The notes under the pieces are model-generated. The model was not told the origin of the DNA, made no database searches, and saw only the letters and a list, made by a program, of their open reading frames with translations. From assembly GCF_006345805.1 (NCBI RefSeq), contig NC_043000.1:98766001-98830000 (forward strand): DNA of 64,000 nt, given 5' to 3'. Shown in pieces: positions 1 to 11,590 of this stretch. Made by a program: the position numbers and the translations under genes. How positions within the stretch are numbered: the first letter of the stretch is position 1; every line of letters begins with the position of its first letter. Origin of the DNA: Octopus sinensis. Its lineage: Eukaryota.

Positions 1-156
1 TAAATATGTGCGCTTAATCTACATAAATAAATTTATTATTATTATTAAACTAAGAAAATTTTATATTTCACTTGTTACCTCCCTTGTTACTGTTAATAGC
101 AAACATTTATTTCTCCCGTTGTCATCAACACCTATTTGTGAAATGATGCTTTGAAA

Positions 157-357
157 TTTTAGCACAAGGCCAGCAGTATTGGAGGAGGGAGTAAGTCGAT
201 AACATTGAACTCAGTGCTCAAATGGTACTTCATCTGCTGCGAAAGGATGAAAGACAAAAAATCACCTTCGACAGAATCTGAACGCTGAACGTACCGACAG
301 ACGAAAGACCACAAAGTATTATGCCCGGCGTACTAACGATTCTACAAGCTCGCCACC
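157..357 (-). mobile_element. SINE family A
   Basis: Reverse complement of the family A consensus (gcacaaggccagca ... agctcgccacct). Confidence 0.75.
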
Positions 358-827
358 TACCTGTTTATGAAATAATGAAATTAACACAGCATCGCCATCA
401 AATGTAAATAATAACTCAAAGTAGAATAACATGAAATATTGGCTCAAAATCCCTCAGATCATACATTTTACTATTTTATATAGGGAAGCTTACGTTGGAG
501 AAATTATTGCTAAGTATATGGAACCATAAGATTATACGGCCATCATAAATTACAAAAGTAAGCGAACGAATATGAAAACAGTAGATTACATGAACATAAC
601 ATTTCGTTCATAAACCTTTAACAAAAAAGTTCAGTATATTTTCTTTTCTATTTTCAATAATATTTAACAAGTGGTGTATTTCTTGATTTTTTTCACTACA
701 TACTTATGTGTGTGTCTTCTCGCACGTGTGTGTATATATATAGGTGTGTTTATGTATAACGGTAAAATCATGTATTTTTAAGTAATTGCATTCAAATATA
801 AAATTATAAAAGTTGTGTATATACCCT

Positions 828-830
<3 letters not shown>

Positions 831-910
<80 letters not shown>
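831..910. repeat. (TA)n microsatellite (representative of more than 20 in the window)
   Basis: Others include 24373-24438, 30978-31075, 32500-32845, 41415-41556, 42705-42774, 44905-45275, 48860-49138, 50362-50472 and 57698-57990. Confidence 0.95.
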
Positions 911-915
<5 letters not shown>

Positions 916-1076
916 TGAGGGTACTACTATTCGTAGATACCACACGCCAAAGAGGGACCAATGCGGTCAAAACTACTAAAATAAGCAAAATTTTACCGAA
1001 TGCAAAACTTTAAAGCAAATCATTTAAAAAAAGAATTTAGTTACAATAGTAATAGTAGTACCCTCAATATAATATA
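906..1076. repeat. Perfect 26-bp inverted repeat at the edge of a (TA)n array
   Basis: tatattatattgagggtactactatt (906-931) / aatagtagtaccctcaatataatata (1051-1076). Confidence 0.85.
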
Positions 1077-1181
1077 AATAAATATTTTCAAAGTGGAAAA
1101 ATTTACGGATTTTTTCTCTTACGAGGTTTTTCACGCTAACTACTGATAATTTCTTTTAAAGATTTTATCCTCAATTGTTAT

Positions 1182-1225
<44 letters not shown>

Positions 1226-2699
1226 ATATAACAGAGATTTAAAATCAAATATAGAAGCTGATGAAATAACAAGAGTAGGTGATTTTGATAAAGAAAATAA
1301 TTAATTGAACAATTATAAATCAAACAAAAGGAAAAAAAACGCAAGATTGTTGATATCCGGGTTAAAAATTCTCCTAATGTTAATAGAAATGAGAGCAATT
1401 CAAAAATATTTTCCAAGCAATCACAGATATAACAAAATGTTTAATAGACATAGGATTAGATGGGCTTTTTGCCTTAGCAAAAACATTATAAATAATGTTA
1501 AAATAATATTGAAATTTCAAAAAAGTTATTATAATCAGAATAGTGTAGTAAATATAAAGCATAATAACCTCAAACAGAATTAAAAAAAAAAAAAACTCAA
1601 ATAGAAGGGAATGCTAGGGATTTAAATGTCATGGAAAAGAGACAACTCAATTTTACATAGTTAATACCGTCAAATAGAATAAAAGTTCTGCTAGAATAAG
1701 AACAAAGACAACGTTAGCAAAAAGAGTAAATAGAAATAAAGAACTTGATGGAAATGAATTTAATTCCACAATAAATGATAAAATTAAAACTAAATCTGTG
1801 AGGAATATAAAATATTATATTTGCAATTGTTCTATACGGTAATCCTGTTATTTGGAAAATAAGGTTAAGACTAAAAATGTAATATATGGATGTAAAGTAC
1901 ATCTGAGGGTAAAGAATTCTTTAACATCGGTGGGACATCATTAATTTTCAAAAGGAGGCTGACAAATCATTTGAGTTCATTAAAAAACAAAAATAAATGG
2001 TTCCAAACGAGTTTTAGCAAATTAATCTGGGCTTTTAAGGACAGGAACAAAGTCTATACTATTAAATGGGAATAAATTTGGGCTGAAATACCATACTAAA
2101 CTGGATGTAACCTATGTTTAGAAGAATTTAATCAGATTTTCACACCCAAGGGTAATGTAATAAATTCTAGACAGGAACAAGCTTTGAGATGCTTACCACG
2201 AGGAAATTCACATTTGCCAAAAATAAATGACTAATAATCATTTGATCAATAGGTTTTGAAATAATGAACTAAAAATGATTAACCAATAAAAACTTGAAAT
2301 GAATATTGTTCTCGACTAATTTAACAGATAGCTCTACATTATATAACGCAGAGTAGATAAAAAGCAATTTTTAGACGGCCAAACCAAAGGATATAAAGTA
2401 AAGACCCTGAAGAAACTGCACTGTTTTTATAGTAGGGTTGTAATTGCACTGGTGCAATTAAAACATGCGTTGGTCTATGTAAGGCGGTATATAAATTTAA
2501 GAATTAAAGGTAATTCTATGCAACGTCGTAATAATGGTCATGATTAATATTTAAATGGATGAATGAATTATCCTTTGTTAACATGGAAAAGTCAATAAAC
2601 AGTTACCAGGGTAGCAAAATTCATTCAAGTAACACGGATGAAGCGACCTATTCAAAGGTAGAAACTCCGGGTTAATGTGTAGTAATTTGTGTATCATGA

Positions 2700-2860
2700 G
2701 TAAATAAATGGAGTTGAACGAAGATGTTATTAGAATTCTTTTACTTTCGACATATGTTTCGAAGAGAACATTGGTTTTATTCCAAAAGAATAAACGGTGT
2801 AAAATGCAATCTTCTCATCACTAATTCTAATAACATCTTCGTTCAACTCCATTTATTTAC
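2700..2860. repeat. Perfect 38-bp inverted repeat enclosing a hammerhead-like motif
   Basis: 2700-2737 is the exact reverse complement of 2823-2860. The loop on the minus strand reads gTGATGA gaaga...tcttc GAAAC atat GTC. Confidence 0.85.
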
Positions 2861-2862
2861 GA

Positions 2863-2893
<31 letters not shown>

Positions 2894-4249
2894 ATATATA
2901 TATATAGGTACACAAACACACATACATATATATATATGTGTGGAGTGTGTGTGTGTGTGTATTTAAGTGTGTGCACGTCTGTCGGTGTCTGTGCTTGTCC
3001 CTCCACTATCACTTGACATCCGATGTTCGTGTGTTTACTTCCTCATAACCTCGCTGTACGGCAAAAGAGACAGATAGAATCAGTACTAGGGTTACAAAGT
3101 ATATGTCCTAGGGTCGATTTCTTCGACTAAAAAAAACCCTTTCGAGGTGGCACTTCAGCATGGCTTTAGTTAAATAACTGAAACAATTAAAAGAAAAGAA
3201 TAAAAGAATGTATGTATGCATGCATGTACGTATGTGCTTCGTTTAGTCTAACATGGTGTTAGAACTCAATAGACTTATACTTCAGGATGGAGCGCTAATC
3301 GAGTACAAGCGTAGTGCGAAAAATAAGTGACATGGGAACAGATAATTTCCTCGTCCCTTGTCAATTATTTAATTTCACGCGCGCGCACATACACATACAC
3401 ACAGACACACATATACGTAATGTACTTAACCTGTTTTCAGCTGTCTCCAATGAAATCTGAAATCTGAGTTACTATTTGCATTCATTTGTACGTCATAGGG
3501 TTAGGTTCCTTTCCAACAGGAAATGCCACATATACATATGTGCGTGTGTATGAACGTGTGTACGGATTTGGTTATTGAATTATTCTAAGACATGGCTTGT
3601 ATTTCTTCAAGATCATACGATCATCAAGCTGCTTACTCACTGCTTCCGACTGAATTAGTATCAGCAGGAATATACAACTTGATATAATATAATCCCAAGA
3701 TTAGCAGAGCAGCATAACAACACTGTATTACAGTTTATTTCATCTCATATTTCGATTTATCTGTTGTTTTTGTTATTGCTGTTGCTATTGTTTAACCCAG
3801 GGCATACCTAATCCACCAGATATTTGATTAAATACATTTCAAAAATGACCACTCCAGCCTTTCATTCTAGACTTTTAGTTATACAATATATTGAATCACA
3901 CCACGGAATACGTCCTTTTCTTTTAAATAAGGTGTAATTAGAGGGAGATTTGGCAGCTACTCTTACCGGTAAATGTCGTTTACGCATAAGAAACATGCGT
4001 ACATACATACATAAATGCATACATATGTATGTATTTATGTATATATGTGTGTGTTTTTCTATGTAATTATTTTGTGTGCATCCATGGGAGTTTTTATGAG
4101 TGTGAAAAATGTACTGCTTCGAATTTTTTGTACATATATGTTTGTGTTACAGCCTAGATTTCTGGAATGTTTTATGTATTTTTACAGTTCTATTAATGTC
4201 TTGTTAATGTGATTTTCTAATAAGTTGTTTCCTTTTTGACTTTGTGAAG

Positions 4250-5090
4250 TCCAGCTTGTCAAGATTGCTGATGAGATCATCTAGTTACATAACTAGTAAT
4301 CAGAAGTAAAAATCTAAAGTTATATTCCACTCATTGTTTATGCGTATTTCTCATTACGCCGTCATAGATGTCTTCAGTTCCTTTTATCTTTAATATTATG
4401 TTAACATCTCCCGAATAACTGATTTCTGTTACTGCGGACAATATCTTGTTTTGTCTAAAGTTATCATGTCTGGTTTGTTGTGCTAATATTCTACACTGGT
4501 TTTAAAGCGGCGAGCTAGCAGAATCATTACCACACTGGGCAAAATGCTTAGCGACATTTTGTCCATCTTTGAGTTCTAGATTCAAATTCCGTCTAGGTCG
4601 ACTCTGTATTTCATGATCGATAAAATTAGCACCAGTTGAGCACTAGGATCGACGTAATCGACCTACCACTTCCCCCAAAATTGCTGGCCTTGTGCCAAAG
4701 TTTGAAATCTATATATTACATTGGTTCTGACGGGAATATTCCGCTAGTATATTTTCATATTATAGAAAGTCTTATATTTTGTTATTTCTCGAAATGCATC
4801 GTGTAGTATGTGGCTTCTACATCATATTTCCTGAGTAGATACTACAGCGATAGTTTGCTTTACACACCTGCTTATGATGTGGGTCAGACTTTCGGTATTA
4901 GATTCAGAGACTACATCAATTGTCACTTTCAGGTATCTTACCTGTATCATTATTCTTTTTTTTCATTATGTATTTTCAGATATGTTTTCTTCTCGAGTTG
5001 CAAAATCGTAACCTTGTTGGTGAGAGCTAATATTGCGCTCGTTGGTCCAACATTGACGACTTTATATACATTCCAAACACTCTGAAGCAT
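4250..5090 (-). mobile_element. Decayed RLE-type non-LTR retrotransposon fragment interrupted by a SINE
   Basis: Minus-strand remnants SHQQGYDFATRE, ESLTHIISRC and HNKPDMITLD...EISYSGDVNI. A SINE is inserted at 4503-4710 with a degenerate target duplication. Confidence 0.6.
4503..4710 (+). mobile_element. SINE family A
   Basis: gcggcgagctagcagaatc ... gctggccttgtgccaaagtttgaaa. Confidence 0.8.
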
Positions 5091-5849
5091 TTTGACAACA
5101 TAACTATTCATGAATATATGCTAATAAACAGAATCCATTTTGTTTTATCTCGTGTTACAGACTGTATGTATATTTTTCTTTGTGATTTATTTAACTTAAG
5201 CAGAATTCAAGCTGATCATTAACGAAATGATAAGGAATTTTAGTTCAATACACTTCAAGGCATTTATAAATATGTAAGTTAATTTGTGCGTATATAAATG
5301 TATAAATGTAAATAGTGGATGTGTGGATGTATTTTCACTAATGAAATGAAAGTCTGAATGTCTCTTTAGAATACTGATTATCCGTATGTATGTGTGTATG
5401 CGATAAACCCACATCTGATTCTGGGCATAATAGGTTCGTTCCGGCACAATGAGATGTAGAAACTTTGAAATAGTTTAAACTTAATGGATTGGATATGAAA
5501 GATGTCAATCAATTTGCTTCGATATATTTTCGTAAATATCAACATATCCCGTCTTTTATATTATGCCATTGTCACATAGTGCAGTGCATTTATGATAATA
5601 GATACATATGACAATCAAAAACCTGCAATCAAGGGTTATGTGCTCCACAGCTGTTCATCATAGATAACCTCTTTTCCAACAACTTCAGATATACAGGGTG
5701 TTCAGGCTAAATTCCACAGTTTGCATAAAAGGAAAAGAAAATACAATATCCCTCAAATAAAAGTACTTAAAAAAAATTTTAAATATCAACTAGATTATGG
5801 ATGGGAGATAATAACTTACGCAAAGTAGCCAACCTCAGCTTACACCACG

Positions 5850-6400
5850 CAAAATGAGTACAAGCGTAGACACGACAGAGTAGCCCAAAACCTCCTCTGG
5901 CTACTATGCTGTAAGTATGGGTATGAGGTTACGGGTGCTTGGTAATAGCAGCCGTAACCTCATACACCGGAAAAGGTAATAGACGAAAAGAGGAAGGCAA
6001 AATTCCTTTGAGACTTTGATTTCCAGATAGACAGAGTGTTAGAGCACCGAAGGCCGGATATAGTAACCTTTAGGATGCCTAATAATTGACATGCCAGGAG
6101 TGCCTAATAACCGACGTGCCAAGAGATCATCATATTATCATAAAAGAAATAGAAAAAGTTGGAGACCTGAGAATTGAGATCGCTAAGATGTTGCAGCTAC
6201 GAGAGTCGAACATAAAGGTTATCTCTACAGTCATCGGCGCATTGGGTTCAATACCATACAATCTGAAAAAAACATCTGGAAATCTTAGAGATACCCTACA
6301 ATCTAGATGTATTGCTAAGGTTGGCATTATTTGAACAAACCCCGCAGAAGACACAATATCTTCAATCAACTTCACGATGTCGTATACTGGGCGACGTCTA
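5850..6400 (+). mobile_element. R4/Dong-like 3' fragment, same family as 6680-7500, opposite orientation
   Basis: QNEYKRRHDRVA, RVLEHRRPDIV and KEIEKVGDLRIEIAKM...VIGALGSIP. Runs directly into (AAT)n at 6401-6570. Confidence 0.85.
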
Positions 6401-6405
6401 TAATG

Positions 6406-6466
<61 letters not shown>

Positions 6467-6477
6467 TAATAATAATC

Positions 6478-6516
<39 letters not shown>

Positions 6517-6522
6517 TTAATA

Positions 6523-6569
<47 letters not shown>

Positions 6570-6635
6570 CAAAAACGATAATGATAATTATTCTAATCAT
6601 CATCATATTCATCATAATCATCATTATTATTATTA

Positions 6636-6679
<44 letters not shown>
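6401..6679. repeat. (AAT)n followed by (CAT)/(TTA)n microsatellite, with a polarity switch
   Basis: Seen directly in the sequence. Confidence 0.95.
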
Positions 6680-7500
6680 GAAGACATTGCATCGCACCGT
6701 ATCCAATAGTGTAATGTTGTAAATTGAGGATATTGTGTGTAGCGGGAGTTTGTTCTGTCTGTCAAGTCACAACAAGACTTCTGACACTCAGTACTTTACA
6801 CAGTGTGCGTGCACTTCCAAGTAAAGCCGATTTTTGCAATACACCAAGATTGTAGAGTATTTCTAAAGTTTCCAGATGTTTCTTCAGTTTGGGTGGTATT
6901 GAATCCAATGCACCGATGACAACAGTACAATTTTTATGTTTGACTCTCGCAGCTTTCACCTCTTGGCGATCTCAATTATCAGGTCTCCATATTTATCAAC
7001 TTTCTCTCTTTCTTTCATGATAATGTGTTGATCTCCTGGCATTTCCACGTCGGTTGTTAGGAACTCTTGTTTTTCCCTCCTACAGGTTACTATACGTGGC
7101 CTTCGGTGCTCTAAAACCCTGTATATCTGGAAACCAAATTCCAAAGGATTTTTGCCTTCCCCTTTTCGTCCATTACCTTTTCCAGTGTATGTTGGTATCA
7201 AGCACTCGTTACCTCGTATCCATACTTCCAGCATAATAACCAGTGAAGTTTTGGGGCTACTTTGTTGTCTGCGCTTTTACTCTTTCTGCGCAAGACTTTC
7301 ACAAGCACTAACAATGTGAGACACGCTTTCGACTTCCTTCTCACACATTCTGCAGAGGCTCGTTACACGTGTGTGGTATATATACCTTTTCGCTGAGTTG
7401 ATATTCAATACCTGGTTCTAAGCAGTGACGATTAGACCGTCAGTTTTCTTTTTAAGGTCACCCTTGCTGAGTCACCTCCATGATGTTCCTGATCTTTTAA
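6680..7500 (-). mobile_element. R4/Dong-like 3' fragment (third family), decayed
   Basis: RVLEHRRPRIV...KEREKVDKYGDLIIEIAK and VVIGALDSIPPKLKKHLE...QKSALLGSARTLCKVLS. Flanked by (TTA)n on both sides. Confidence 0.85.
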
Positions 7501-7512
7501 GTTATTATTATT

Positions 7513-8018
7513 GTGTAAGAGAGCAATGCATCTCATCAAGATGACCATGATGTACAAATATACGAAGCCGAATATATCCATCATGACTACCTGCCTGATA
7601 AGGGTACATCAGACACATGCATCACAACCATATGTGCGAGACATGTATTAAGATAAATAGCACATGATTTTGCAGGTACGAGTAGCCCATCCGTTCAAAG
7701 GGTCCTTGAATGAGAGTTGTTTAAGGATGATGAACATTTCACCTATGTTTCCAGAGGTGAATTATTCAAACCCCAAAGAATTCCACTCAACACATGACTA
7801 TGATGCTTCCCCACTACTCCTGCTCGGATCAGCGATGCACATAACGTCAGCCACTACGTAACACACTCAACTGGTTATGGTTAAGAACTGACAAGTAAAT
7901 ATGTGGTATTGAGCAGAATATTGCTGTAGTGTATCTTTTATACCAAGGCAAAACATGTACATGATAACACTTCTAATCAGTTAAGATGAGAAGTCATGCC
8001 TTGTACTACATCAGAGCA
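7513..8018 (-). mobile_element. Non-coding ~500-bp repeat embedded in (TAA)n; putative non-autonomous retroposon
   Basis: Flanked by TTA repeats on both sides. Its terminal ~70 bp recurs, diverged, at 9643-9711, also next to (TTA)n. No meaningful ORF. Confidence 0.55.
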
Positions 8019-8046
8019 TATTATCATTGTTATTATTATTATTATT

Positions 8047-8079
<33 letters not shown>

Positions 8080-8259
8080 AGTGGTGGTGGTGGTGGCGTT
8101 GTTGTTGTCGTCGTCGTCGTCGTCGTTGTTGTTATTATTATTATTATCATCATTGGGTAGTAAGAACTCTTCTGCTATATATGGAGAGCCAATAATTAAA
8201 TAAATGAATAAGTAAATAAAATTAATACGTTTGTCCTTTCATTAAGTATATATAGTAGG

Positions 8260-9430
8260 GACATTGTTATGCAGCTTCGGGTGAACAAATGTGCAGTTTT
8301 TAATATGAAGCGAAGCCGAAAGATTAAATCCGACAGTACAGATATATCATACAATATCATTAGAGATAATGAAATTTACAAAAGCATATGTGGGCTGCAA
8401 GAATGATGAGGTAAAAGGAAAAAAATGATACAGGAAGTCTTCGAAGTGTTCAACAGAAGAATTTGGGAGGTACTTGAATCCAAACTAAGGGGGTTTGTAT
8501 GATCAAAGCAATGTATATTTTCGTTATGTCAGTTTTGAGACAGAGTCGTAGGAATTAGATAGAAATACTAAGAAGCTGCTCACAATGCATAACACAATGC
8601 ATAACGACCTATAAGTAACATCGAAACACTCTACTTGCCAAGAAAGGAAAGAGGAAGAGATTTGGTATACGTAGAACACATCATCAGTTGCAAATTGGAG
8701 CTTGGAAATCTATATTGAGAATAGTGAAGAAAAAATAATATCTGTAGCCAAAAATATGGAAGCAGTCAGTGAGAAAAAAAGAAAGAGGAACGATAATACA
8801 TAGATAAAAAAAAGTAATTATGTGTCCAGTTCATGCAACAAACCAAAAATGCTGGAAGTGATGAATGCTGGTTGCGGCTGATAGTTGAAAACCTGAAACG
8901 AAAAGCAAAATTGCTGATTACAGATACTCAGGAATAAGTCGTTGGAATAAATTAGATAAAGACAATCATTGATAAAACTTAGTCAAGCAGCAAACGCATA
9001 ACGTGTACAAAATGGGACGAAAGTATTTACCATCTCCTAAGTGAATGCAACCAGCTAGTACAAAAAGGGTATAAACATAGACATGACAGTGTTAGCAAAA
9101 GAGTACATTGGAATGTTAGTTAAGGTTGTGGATTGAGAGGGACAGAAAATTGGTATGAACACAAGCGTGATTCTATGATGAATGATATTTATAGAATTTT
9201 ATGGCATTTCTTTATAGAGACTGACAACATTAAATAAACAAGGAGATCAGATGTGATCCTAGAAAAGAGAATAAAAAACAATGTATGATCATTAAGTTTT
9301 CAATACCATAAGAAGGTAGTGTGGATATCAAGGAAATTGAGAAATGTTATGACCTAACTAGGGAGATGAAAAGATTGTAAAACACAGAAATAAAAGCCCT
9401 TCGTATGGTAATTGGTGCCATCAACACAAC
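8260..9430 (+). mobile_element. Heavily decayed R4/Dong-like fragment (RT C-terminus to RLE)
   Basis: Recognisable remnants MQLRVNKCAVFNMKR, ELDRNTKKLLTMH, LYLPRKERGR, HRHD, RRSDVI and VIGAI, interrupted by many stops. Confidence 0.7.
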
Positions 9431-9711
9431 CATCAAATGAGATTCCCGAGTTTCAGAGGTAAAAATGCAATCTTTCATTCTGTAAGAATCCCAGGAAAGA
9501 TATTTGAGATCTGAGGAGATTTTGTGCAACCAAGCATTAGGATGCCTCTGTTCACTAATATTTTGGATAATAGTAATATTCTCCACCTCCACCTCCTTAT
9601 CAATCTTCCTCTTCATCTTCCTCAGTTCATCATCGTAATTAGGTGAGAGAGCAATGCATACCATCAAAGGGACACTGAGGTAGAAGAAATATACGAAGCT
9701 CGATATACCCC

Positions 9712-9767
<56 letters not shown>

Positions 9768-10660
9768 GCCTTTGCACAGCTTCTAACGCTGGAGATGCAC
9801 TTCTGTGTCAGTTGTTCACTACCAGTGAACTAAGGTAGCATCTTTTATTTTCGAGCACCTTCCGGAGTATTCGGGCGGTTTCAAACTGTGCTGTTTCCTG
9901 CACGTGATCCACCCTTATTGCAGCCTCTATTTCTTCCTCGTACGTCTCGAGATTTTTGCTCATTGTTTCCAGGGCTCCGACAATTATTGGTGCTACTGCT
10001 ACCTTTTTCATCGACCACAACGGCTTAACTTCCCAAGCTAACTTGTTATATCTCTCGACTTTTCTTTCTTCCTTAACGCACAACTTGTTGTCAGCTGGGT
10101 ATGCTATATTTATGATCTAGCATAGTTGGTTTTCATTCTCAATTAAGACTATGCCTGGCTTCCTATTATCTATCTCATGGTTGCATCGAATCATAAAACT
10201 CCCATAGGATCTTTGCATTTTTATATTCGACGATGCCTTCAGGTTTGTGGTCGTACCAATTTTTTGCTCTGTCATGTCCATACTTGTTGCAAAGTGTCCA
10301 GTGGACAAGCCTGGCTATATTGTCGCAGCGTCTCTTATATTCCTTCTGGGCTAGTGGAGTACATTGGCTAGTAATATGTCATAGGGTTTTGCCATTTTGT
10401 CCACAGATTCTGCACTTATCACTTTCAGCTGTGTTGTCTACTCTGTATTTTATGTAGTTTGTTCTTCGTGCTTGCTCTTGGACAGCACAGATTAGAGCCT
10501 ACATTTCCGGTTTTAAATCACTTTTAGTCATCAACAGACATCTTTTTCATCTGTTTCTCTTATCTTCAACATCCCTATGAAAGTGTCCATGCATTCTTTT
10601 CTTTACCCACCTATTTTCAGTTCCATTCGTTTTCAATTCCTTGTACAGTGCTTTATCTTT
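9768..10660 (-). mobile_element. R4/Dong-like 3' fragment (second family): CCHC + RLE + short 3' UTR ending in (TAA)n
   Basis: Pieces RKPGIVLIENENQLC and KVERYNKLAWEVK...PIIVGALE...ETARILRKVLE. The 3' end abuts (TTA)n at 9712-9767; the 5' end is joined to a SINE at 10661. Confidence 0.85.
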
Positions 10661-10806
10661 GCTGGCAGAATCGTTAGCACGCCGGGCAAATGCTTAGCGG
10701 CATTTCGTCCGCTTTTACGCTCTGAGTGCAAATTCCTTTCGGTGTCGATCTAATCGACTCATCCCTTCCCCCAAAATGGCTGTCCTTGTAGTAAAATTTG
10801 AAACCA
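10661..10806 (+). mobile_element. SINE family A, internally deleted
   Basis: gctggcagaatcgttagcacgccgggc ... aaatttgaaacca. Confidence 0.8.
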
Positions 10807-10931
10807 TTATTATTATTAATTTGATATACACACAATAGATTAAATTTGTTGGAAAAGGAAAAATCCTAACATAGGGCTACAACAAGTAACCTTAGATACC
10901 AGGAACCATCCTAAGTATACTGTCATTATTA

Positions 10932-11003
<72 letters not shown>

Positions 11004-11226
11004 TATGTTTGACTTTTGCTTTATATTTGTACAAGTTGGCTTCAAGTCTCACCCAGAGACCTCAAGAGACAACAGGTTGGAAGTTCATGTTGTTGTTATG
11101 CCTAGTGTGCCATATATTGGGGGGCGGGGGCGGGGTGTACTAATGAATGTCTAAATAAATAAATAAATAAATAAATAATTTTTTTTTTTTTTAAACCGAA
11201 AATTATGTTTGTTTTAAACCTTGAGA

Positions 11227-11590
11227 TTACATAGAAAGTATTTTGCGTAGGATATGAGCAGTTCCCATGAGCACTATCTTTTGAATTTCAGCCGTTTTGG
11301 GGTTTCCTGGTATCTGAGTTAGGTAGCTATCAGCCCCTTTTGCTATCATTCCCAGGGCACCTATGACAACAGGTATTGTTTTAGTCTTCAGGTTCCACAT
11401 TTTGCTGATTTCTATTTCAAGATCTTTATATTTGCTCAGTTTTTGGTAGGTCTTGACAGCTACGCTTATATCGATTGGGACAGTCATATCAATGAGGAGG
11501 CATGTTCTTTGTTTGAAGTCTTTCAATATGATGTCTGGCCTATTTCATCTATCTTTCTGTCAGTTTGAATGGTGAAGTTCCAGAGGAGTG
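11227..11590 (-). pseudogene. Restriction-like (PD-D/ExK) endonuclease domain of the R4/Dong ORF
   Basis: Reads LWNFTIQTDRKID / NRPDIILKD...LLIDMTVP...KLSKYKDLEIEI...PVVIGALG...GTAHILRKILSM*, with a 1-nt frameshift near 11545. Confidence 0.9.

Noticed and set aside
1230-2530. A-rich stretch resembling a very old LINE (similar stretches at ~35550-37700, 45300-46900 and 47250-48050)
   Set aside because: Only isolated motif ghosts are visible (for example FYADN and YLGV near 45980-46050); too decayed to assign boundaries or family.
6312-6765. Poly-N/I/Y ORFs
   Set aside because: Reading frames through (AAT)n/(TTA)n arrays.
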